Of a DNA stretch of 64,000 nucleotides, positions 57,312 to 64,000 are shown piece by piece. Both the position numbers and the translations under genes were made by a program. This stretch comes from a bacterium. Its GTDB lineage: Bacteria > Krumholzibacteriota > Krumholzibacteriia > Krumholzibacteriales > Krumholzibacteriaceae. The stretch's first letter is position 1. Each line of letters opens with the position of its first letter. Location: NCBI GenBank assembly GCA_020350885.1, contig CP070727.1, positions 2,037,163 to 2,101,162 on the forward strand, written 5' to 3'. Under the pieces are notes generated by a model. That model was not told where the DNA came from. It ran no database searches and saw only the letters and a program-made list of their open reading frames with translations.

Positions 57312-58615
57312 AGAGCAGCGGTGTCTACTACGAGAGCTTCGGCTGTCAGATGAATGCATTCGACACCGAGGTCATCGCCTCCATCATGGCAGAGGAAGGC
57401 TACCGTGAGGTTTCATCACCCGATGAAGCCGATATCATCATCGTCAACACCTGCAGCGTCAGAGAGCATGCGGAACGGCGCGCCCTCGGACGCCTGAACG
57501 ACCTCTCACGGCACCGGGATGCCCTTCTCGTCGTCTGCGGGTGTATGGCTCAACGCATGGGGAAGAGGCTCTTCGAGCTCGTTCCCTCCCTTGCGATCGT
57601 CGCCGGGACGGACACCTACGACCGACTCCCGAAGATACTCGCCGCAGCACGTGAGAGTGGCGAGCAGATTGCGTTACTCGACAGGGACGACACCGTGACC
57701 TACGCAATGAGAAGGATAGAGCATACAGGCCCCTGCAGCAGGTACCTCTCCATCACGAGGGGATGCGCCAACTACTGCACGTACTGTATCGTCCCCTACC
57801 TTCGTGGAGAGGTGCGGAGCAAGGATCCATCGAATGTCGTCGCGACCGTGCAGAAGATGACGGCCTCCGGCACGAGGGAGGTAACGCTGCTCGGGCAGAA
57901 TGTCATGGCATACCGGTTCGGCGACACCGATTTTCCATCGCTCCTCGGGCGGGTGCTGAATGAGACAGGCATCCTCCGTTTGAGATTCCTCACCAGCCAT
58001 CCCCGGGATCTCACGGACAGGATCTTCCACCTCATGGCGGACGATGAACGCCTCTGCCCGCACATCCACCTGCCGGTCCAGGCGGGAAGCAACAGGATCC
58101 TCGGCCTCATGGGCCGCGGGTACAGCCGCGAGCACTACATCGATATCGTTGCCCGGGCGAGGGAGATCGTCCCTGGCCTGGCGGTGACCACGGATATAAT
58201 CGTCGGTTTTCCGACCGAGACCGATGCCGAATTCCGGGAAACGATCGACCTGGTGGAACGAGTCGGGTTCGACGCCGCGTTCACCTTCAAGTACTCCCCC
58301 CGTGAGGGAACAGCCGCCGCCGGCATGAAGGACGACGTGGGGCCGGAGGAGAAGAGGCGAAGGCTCCGGATACTGAACGAAACGATCGAAAACGCCAGAA
58401 GGGACACGCTTTCCGAACAGCTCGGCACGGAAACGGAAATCCTGCTTGACGGCAGGGTTCAAAAAGGGGAATATGAATTCTGGAAAGGGCGTACACCCCA
58501 TTTCAGAAATGTGCTCGTTAACGGTAAACGACACGAAGTGGGCGACATAGTGCCCGTCAGGCTGAAGAGTATGCTCAACTTCACCTTCATAGGCGAGGAG
58601 CCGATAAGGAGGTAG
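57308..58615 (+). CDS. miaB: tRNA-2-methylthio-N6-dimethylallyladenosine synthase MiaB
   Basis: VYYESFGCQMNAFDTEVIASIMAEEGY, radical-SAM CANYCTYCIVP, TRAM domain. ATGA overlap with the upstream gene. Confidence 0.75.
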   Translation: MKSSGVYYESFGCQMNAFDTEVIASIMAEEGYREVSSPDEADIIIVNTCSVREHAERRALGRLNDLSRHRDALLVVCGCMAQRMGKRLFELVPSLAIVAGTDTYDRLPKILAAARESGEQIALLDRDDTVTYAMRRIEHTGPCSRYLSITRGCANYCTYCIVPYLRGEVRSKDPSNVVATVQKMTASGTREVTLLGQNVMAYRFGDTDFPSLLGRVLNETGILRLRFLTSHPRDLTDRIFHLMADDERLCPHIHLPVQAGSNRILGLMGRGYSREHYIDIVARAREIVPGLAVTTDIIVGFPTETDAEFRETIDLVERVGFDAAFTFKYSPREGTAAAGMKDDVGPEEKRRRLRILNETIENARRDTLSEQLGTETEILLDGRVQKGEYEFWKGRTPHFRNVLVNGKRHEVGDIVPVRLKSMLNFTFIGEEPIRR

Positions 58616-58620
58616 GTCAG

Positions 58621-58938
58621 GTGTGGGTTATTCGTAGCATCATTCTTCTCGCAGCGGTCGTCGCACTCGTATGGCTCGGCACAAAGAATGCCGGAACGAC
58701 AGCTACATTTCACTTCTTCAATAGAACGTTCATCGACGTTGAGCTGAACTTGATACTGGTATTGAGTTTTATTGCCGGCATGCTCGTGTGGGCCATCGGC
58801 TCATGGATCCGCGAGGCACAGCTCCGCCTACAGCTCTTAAAGGCGCGACGCGAAGCCCGGAGACTCCAAGAAGAGATCTCGGACCTTCGCAACCTTCCAC
58901 TCGAAGAGGAGCCGATTATCGAAGAACGGGAATTGTAG
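58621..58938 (+). CDS. lapA: LapA-like small inner-membrane protein (DUF1049)
   Basis: 105 aa, two TM helices, C-terminal coiled-coil (LLKARREARRLQEEISDLRN). Sits immediately upstream of the LapB-like gene. Confidence 0.5.
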   Translation: MWVIRSIILLAAVVALVWLGTKNAGTTATFHFFNRTFIDVELNLILVLSFIAGMLVWAIGSWIREAQLRLQLLKARREARRLQEEISDLRNLPLEEEPIIEEREL

Positions 58939-58962
58939 GTGAAAGGATAATACGATTCTCCC

Positions 58963-60126
58963 ATGGACGGTATCAATATCAAGCTCATTCTGCTGCTGAT
59001 CCTCGCAGCGGCCGTAATACTGCTCGTGGTCATCCTGCTCTTCCAACGGAAGCGCAGACGCAAACCGCACCGGAGCACGTATATCGATGCGCTCTATGCC
59101 CTCATCGACGGCCGGAAGGACGATGCACTCAGACTCCTCACCATGGCGGTCAAGAACGGTGAAGGGGACGTGGACGCGTATCTCCAGCTCGGAAACTTGC
59201 TGAGAGAGAAAAAGATGCCGGAAAAGGCATTTCAGATCCACAAGAGCCTCATGGTTCGTCGGGATCTCGGCTTCGAGGAAGAAAAGGCGATTCAGATGGC
59301 ACTGGCCGAAGACCTCGCCGATCTCGGCAAGATCGATAGATCGATACAGGCCCTCGAATCCGTGTACCAGAAGAGGAAGGATCCCGATATCGTACTCTCA
59401 CTGCATAAGCTCTACCATCGCAACGGTGCGTACGAGAAGGCATATGCAATGTTGAAAGACCTCTCCAGGCTCGGCCATTCCATAGGCAAATCGGACCGTG
59501 CCGCCTACCTGGCAACCGCCTCCGATACGCTCATACGACACCGACGGATCGAAGAAGCAAAGAAATACCTGGACAGGGCCCGCAAGGAAGACGGCAATTC
59601 GGTCCCGGCTCTCTACCTCACCGCACAGCTCGCGATGCAGGAGAACGATCTCGCGACGGCATCAAAGATGTGGGAACGCCTCCTTCAGAGCGAGATCAAT
59701 TACTTCGGTGATGTGGCACCGCTCCTGGAGAAGACACTCTACGAGTCGGGCAAGTTCCAGCACCTCGAGAAGGTACTGCTCGAACTCCTGCGACGCTACC
59801 CGCGCCGACCTGGGCTTCTGAATGCGCTCGCCTCGTTCTACGAGAAGAAGGGAGAACTGGACAAGGCAATCAGCATTCTCGAGAACGAACGCACGTCGAT
59901 CCAGGAGGACCCCGTCGTATCCGCCAGACTTGCAACACTATACCTCGAAACCGAGAAACCGCAATACGCCCGCCGTATCCTGGAGGAGATCGATCTGAGG
60001 GCCAGGAGGAATATGGCGTACACATGCGACGTGTGCGGGAACCGCTCAGATATCCCCCTTTTGTACTGTGAACGCTGCTTCAACTTCAACACCTTCACGA
60101 GAGCGCATGAGACGGCCGCCGTGTAA
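58963..60126 (+). CDS. lapB: LapB/YciM-like protein (N-terminal TM, TPR repeats, C-terminal rubredoxin-like metal-binding motif)
   Basis: N-terminal TM helix, TPR repeats (GNLLREKKMPEKAFQIHKSL...), C-terminal CDVCGNRSDIPLLYCERCFNFNTF (Cx2C-x10-Cx2C). Confidence 0.65.
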   Translation: MDGINIKLILLLILAAAVILLVVILLFQRKRRRKPHRSTYIDALYALIDGRKDDALRLLTMAVKNGEGDVDAYLQLGNLLREKKMPEKAFQIHKSLMVRRDLGFEEEKAIQMALAEDLADLGKIDRSIQALESVYQKRKDPDIVLSLHKLYHRNGAYEKAYAMLKDLSRLGHSIGKSDRAAYLATASDTLIRHRRIEEAKKYLDRARKEDGNSVPALYLTAQLAMQENDLATASKMWERLLQSEINYFGDVAPLLEKTLYESGKFQHLEKVLLELLRRYPRRPGLLNALASFYEKKGELDKAISILENERTSIQEDPVVSARLATLYLETEKPQYARRILEEIDLRARRNMAYTCDVCGNRSDIPLLYCERCFNFNTFTRAHETAAV

Positions 60127-60139
60127 TCTGCTCACAACC

Positions 60140-61162
60140 GTGACCATTATCGTCATACTGATGATGTGTGTGCGCCCCACTGCGGCCAGCCTCAGATCTA
60201 TCAGACGGATGGTCAGAGCAAAGGAGTATGCACGCGCCAGGCGCGCCCTCGAAGAGGAGCTCCCAAAGCTCTCGGGCAAGTCGCGCAGCGAGGGAATGCT
60301 GCTCCTCGCACGGCTTACAAAAGATGTATCGGAAGCCCAGCGGATATACCGCCGTATCATCGAGTCCGGAAGGGCGCGGGACGCCCTGAGGGCGCGGATC
60401 GAGCTCGCAAAGATCTTCTATGCCACCGGCGAATACGAGCGGGCAGCCCGCATACTATCGACACTGGCCGGCAAGGGTTACCGGGGTGATCGATGGGAAG
60501 CGATCTTTCTTCGTGCACTCTGCTGGAAGAAGCTCGGCGATACCTCGAGGGCCCGAACGGATCTGGAACTCATCGACAGGGGTGATTTTCTCTACTGGAG
60601 TTACATGACACTCGCCGAGATCGATATCGTGGAGGGTAAAATCGAGGACGCCATCGAACGGTACGAAATGATTGCAGGGGGACACTCTAATCCAATCGCC
60701 GGATTCAAACTCGGTGAATGCTACGAGATCCAGGGGGACCGGGAAAGGGCCCTCAAGGAATATCGGACGCTGGCCTCGAACTTTCCGAAATCGCTCGAAG
60801 CTCCAAAGGCGCGGGAAAAGATCCAGATGATACAATCGGCGGGGAGGATCCGCCGTGACCGAAGACCGTCGCGAGGAGGTGAGAAGGAGGAAGAAGCAGG
60901 AGAGGAACCACGAATCGACGGAGCCGTACCGTTCGCCTTCACGATCCAACTGGGTGCGTTCAGCGAGAGGGAGAATGCGATCCGGATGGCCAAGGAAATC
61001 GAAGAGATCACCGATGATGTTCGCGTAGAGCGCATCGAAAGCGACGGCCGGATCTGGCACCGGGTCCGCGTCGGTCGATACCGGAACAGAGAAGAAGCCG
61101 AGCGGTACGCTGAATTCCTCGAACGCAAGACCGGTTACACCGGCAAAATCCTCCCTCGATGA
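60140..61162 (+). CDS. TPR-repeat protein with a C-terminal SPOR (peptidoglycan-binding) domain
   Basis: TPR repeats. C-terminal SPOR-like domain (FTIQLGAFSERENAIRMAKEIEEITDDVRVERIESDGRIWHRVRVGRYRNREEAERYAEFL). GTG 60140 gives a hydrophobic N-terminus. The track ORF 60068 would overlap lapB. Confidence 0.6.
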   Translation: MTIIVILMMCVRPTAASLRSIRRMVRAKEYARARRALEEELPKLSGKSRSEGMLLLARLTKDVSEAQRIYRRIIESGRARDALRARIELAKIFYATGEYERAARILSTLAGKGYRGDRWEAIFLRALCWKKLGDTSRARTDLELIDRGDFLYWSYMTLAEIDIVEGKIEDAIERYEMIAGGHSNPIAGFKLGECYEIQGDRERALKEYRTLASNFPKSLEAPKAREKIQMIQSAGRIRRDRRPSRGGEKEEEAGEEPRIDGAVPFAFTIQLGAFSERENAIRMAKEIEEITDDVRVERIESDGRIWHRVRVGRYRNREEAERYAEFLERKTGYTGKILPR

Positions 61163-61166
61163 TAGA

Positions 61167-63746
61167 ATGGGTACACGGCTGACGCCCCTGATGAGTCAGT
61201 ACCGGGAGATAAAGAACCGGTACAAGGACGGCATTCTTCTCTTCCAGGTAGGCGATTTCTACGAGACGTTCTATGATGATGCAAAGGACATTGCACGGCT
61301 CCTCAACATCGCACTGACCACACGCGATAAAGACAAGAAAAACCCCGTACCTCTGGCCGGTGTACCCATCCATGCCGCCCAAGCCTATATTACCAAGCTC
61401 CTGCAGGCTGGCAGGAAGGTCGTGATCTGCGACCAAGTCGAGGATGCCGCCGAATCGAAAGGTATCGTCAAACGGAAAGTCACCGATGTCGTCACACCCG
61501 GAACAACCCTCGTACCGGCGACACTCGTCGAGGGTGAGAACAACTATGTCATCTCCCTGGTCACCGACGACCGGAAGGCGGGTTTCGCCGTTCTCGATCT
61601 CTCAACGGGTGAGTTCAGCGCCGGTGAGAAGCCCGCAGGCTCTCTCGAGAGCATCATCTCCGGCTACAGATTCAGGGAGGCCATCGTGCCGGAAGAGTCG
61701 CCACAGCTCGGGAGCATGCTGGGCACCGTCAATCCGCAGTGTACGATCGAGGAGCTGGCGCCGCATGAATTCGGCGAGGAGAGCGGCCGTCAGACGCTCT
61801 GTAGCCACTTCCAGATCGAAAACCTCGCATGCTTCGGACTCGATAAAAGGCCGCTCGCAACCGCCGCCGCTGGTGCTCTGCTCGGTTACATCAAGAATCT
61901 CCGCCAGAACGAGCTGCGACACATTACCGGAGTGCGGCTCGTAATACCGGATGAAACCCTGTTTCTCGATACCGAGACCAAACGCAACCTCGAGCTGTTC
62001 GAACCGTTGCAGGGAAATGAACCCGAGACGACCCTGATCCACCATCTCGACCGAACCAGAACAGCTGCCGGAGCGCGTCTGTTACGGCAGTGGATCGAGC
62101 ATCCATCCCGTCGAATCGAAACGATCGAGAGCCGCCTCCAGGGCATAGGCGCTTTCTGCTCCGATCAGGTGACCATCCGCCGAATCAGGCAGCTGCTCAA
62201 CCGTTTCCCGGATATAGAGCGGATCCTCGCCAGAATTACGACAAAAAAGGCCGGCCCCCGGGATCTGCTCTCGCTCGCAGAAGCTCTGGAACGGGCTCCG
62301 GCCATCGGTGCGACCGTGCGATCCCTCGAGGCCGGGACGATCGCTCAAGCAAGCGAGCAGCTCATGAAGCACACGGAGGTGAAGACACTCATCGACAGCA
62401 GCATCGACCCGTCCAGCCCACCGCACCTGCGCGAAGGCTCGGTAATTCGGAAGGGATTCGATGAAACCCTCGACCGGCTGATACGGGAATCGGAGGAGGG
62501 AAAGAAATGGATCGCCTCACTTCAGGAGACGGAGCGGCGGCGGACCGGAATCTCCACGTTGAAGGTCGGTTACAACAAGGTCTTCGGTTACTACATCGAG
62601 ATCTCCCGTGTGCACGTCGGCAAGGTCCCCGACGGCTATATATGCAAGCAGACACTCGTATCATCGCAACGGTACGTAACGGAGGAGCTGAAAAAGCGGG
62701 AAGAGGGGATCGTTGCCGCTGAAGCCCGGCGTATCGGGCTCGAAAAGGATATCTTTTATTCGGTGTGTGAGAGGATTGCCGACGAGAGCAAACGGCTGCA
62801 GGAAATTGCCGGCGCCGTATCCCTCCTCGATTGCCTGTCCTCCATGGCAGAGATCGCACTCGAGCGACGGTACTGCCGGCCGGAGATACAAGAATCGACC
62901 GATCTCATCATCACGGAGGGCAGGCACCCCGTCGTCGAACTCATCGCCTCGAAGAGCTTCATACCGAACGATCTCGTCATCCGCCCTGAGGAGAAACAGG
63001 TTCTCATCATCACAGGCCCGAACATGGGAGGAAAATCGACCTTCATCCGGCAGGCCGCCATCATTGCCCTCCTCGCACACGCCGGCTGTTACGTTCCCGC
63101 CTCACGTGCCGTCGTCGGCCTGATGGACAGGATATTCACCAGAGTCGGCTCAAGCGACAACCTCGCTAAAGGCCAGAGCACATTTCTCGTGGAGATGAGT
63201 GAAACCGCCAAGATCCTCCACAACTGCACATCCAGGAGTCTCGTACTCCTCGACGAAGTCGGCAGGGGTACGAGCACTCTCGACGGTCTCAGCCTGGCAT
63301 GGGCCGTTACGGAGCACCTCCTCGAGGACGATAGACGGCGACCGAAGACACTCTTCGCCACCCACTACCACGAACTCACCCACCTCTGTAAACGGCACCC
63401 ACGTATCGAGAACCTGCGTGTCGAGGTGAAGGAATGGGGAGATACGATCCTCTTTCTCTACAAGATCCGCCCCGGAGCGAGCGATAGGAGCTACGGCATA
63501 CACGTGGCACGGCTGGCCGGATTACCGGCAGCCGTCATTCATCGTGCGGAAGAAATACTCGAATCGCTTGAAGCAAAAGAAGATAAATCGAAAGTCACGA
63601 TCAGGCCGCGTGCCGCTCAACCATCCTTCTTCAGCGAGACCGATAAAATCCGCGAACGCCTCAAGTCTATACAAATAAATGAAGTTACACCGCTCGACGC
63701 ACTTCGGCTCCTCGCCGATCTCCAGGAACTCGCTAAAGATCGGTAA
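61167..63746 (+). CDS. mutS: DNA mismatch repair protein MutS
   Basis: Mismatch-binding N-terminus (PLMSQYREIKNRYKDGILLFQVGDFYETFYDDA), Walker A GPNMGGKST, STFLVEM, DEVGRGTSTLDG. Confidence 0.95.
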   Translation: MGTRLTPLMSQYREIKNRYKDGILLFQVGDFYETFYDDAKDIARLLNIALTTRDKDKKNPVPLAGVPIHAAQAYITKLLQAGRKVVICDQVEDAAESKGIVKRKVTDVVTPGTTLVPATLVEGENNYVISLVTDDRKAGFAVLDLSTGEFSAGEKPAGSLESIISGYRFREAIVPEESPQLGSMLGTVNPQCTIEELAPHEFGEESGRQTLCSHFQIENLACFGLDKRPLATAAAGALLGYIKNLRQNELRHITGVRLVIPDETLFLDTETKRNLELFEPLQGNEPETTLIHHLDRTRTAAGARLLRQWIEHPSRRIETIESRLQGIGAFCSDQVTIRRIRQLLNRFPDIERILARITTKKAGPRDLLSLAEALERAPAIGATVRSLEAGTIAQASEQLMKHTEVKTLIDSSIDPSSPPHLREGSVIRKGFDETLDRLIRESEEGKKWIASLQETERRRTGISTLKVGYNKVFGYYIEISRVHVGKVPDGYICKQTLVSSQRYVTEELKKREEGIVAAEARRIGLEKDIFYSVCERIADESKRLQEIAGAVSLLDCLSSMAEIALERRYCRPEIQESTDLIITEGRHPVVELIASKSFIPNDLVIRPEEKQVLIITGPNMGGKSTFIRQAAIIALLAHAGCYVPASRAVVGLMDRIFTRVGSSDNLAKGQSTFLVEMSETAKILHNCTSRSLVLLDEVGRGTSTLDGLSLAWAVTEHLLEDDRRRPKTLFATHYHELTHLCKRHPRIENLRVEVKEWGDTILFLYKIRPGASDRSYGIHVARLAGLPAAVIHRAEEILESLEAKEDKSKVTIRPRAAQPSFFSETDKIRERLKSIQINEVTPLDALRLLADLQELAKDR

Positions 63747-63794
63747 ACGGTACTTTTCCTGGCTCAACTTTTGCTAAAATATGAACGGACGAGT

Positions 63795-64000
63795 ATGGAA
63801 ACGAGGGCACGATTGCAGGAAGCGGTGCATACGAATAATACGAAGATCGCCATCCTGGGCGGGGGTGAGGAAGAACTCAGTATACTCAGTGAGTTCCACC
63901 GCGCACCGGGTGTCAATGTTGTTGCGATCTACGATCGCGATCCCCGCGCGGTCGCCATCGAGATCGCCGAGATCATCGGCGTTCCCACATACTCCGACAA
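63795..64000 (+). CDS. Hypothetical protein, 5' partial (possible Rossmann-fold oxidoreductase N-terminus)
   Basis: METRARLQEAVHTNNTKIAILGGGEEELSILSEFHRAPGVNVVAIYDRD resembles the G-rich loop and VAIxD of Gfo/Idh/MocA-type NAD(P)-binding N-termini. Truncated by the window end. Confidence 0.3.
   Translation, partial: METRARLQEAVHTNNTKIAILGGGEEELSILSEFHRAPGVNVVAIYDRDPRAVAIEIAEIIGVPTYSD

Noticed and set aside
1-64000. CRISPR arrays, rRNA/tRNA genes, IS elements
   Set aside because: No regularly spaced direct repeats or cloverleaf-compatible segments were seen in the few intergenic regions over 100 bp (1800-2058, 7484-7729, 10934-11120, 23253-23417, 47824-48034). No transposase-like ORFs.

Overview
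This 64-kb window is a high-GC (about 58-60%), gene-dense, almost entirely plus-strand chromosomal segment of a diderm bacterium. Only mltD, the yitJ-type gene and rpsT are on the minus strand. Nearly every ORF has a recognisable housekeeping assignment.

The conserved gene blocks are: a GlgD-like/GlgC pair; purN-purC-purH-guaA; secA; smg-topA-trmFO-(TPR)-xerC-hslV-hslU; argF; dapF; a yitJ-type homocysteine methyltransferase/MTHFR; proS; rpsT; uvrC-xerD; scpA-scpB-rluB-hisC; a cmk/plsC fusion followed by ispH and rpsA; mtaB-miaB; lapA-lapB; and mutS.

Several local gene orders (smg-topA-trmFO-xerC-hslVU and xerD-scpAB-rluB) are Firmicute-like. Yet the organism also encodes a T9SS type-A C-terminal-domain cargo protein, LapA/LapB and Omp85-type barrels. 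That combination points to an uncultivated FCB-group-like Gram-negative lineage; this placement is an inference.

I found no CRISPR arrays, rRNA or tRNA genes, or mobile elements.

The most unusual items are:
- a 933-aa secreted protein that fuses a gluzincin-like metallopeptidase domain, a TolB/PD40 beta-propeller and a C-terminal Omp85 (surface-antigen D15) beta-barrel;
- a co-directional module of Slt, an NHL propeller, a TPR protein, a J-domain/TPR protein and a membrane-anchored PQQ propeller with an unknown cytoplasmic domain;
- a T9SS cargo gene immediately followed by a FadL/PorV/PorQ-like outer-membrane barrel;
- a cytidylate kinase fused to a PlsC acyltransferase;
- a cysteine-rich insertion in SecA;
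- a +1 frameshift at an A8 homopolymer that splits xerD.

Most coordinates below come from the supplied ORF track. Where the track was trimmed, I chose the start that has a ribosome-binding site or that removes an implausible overlap.
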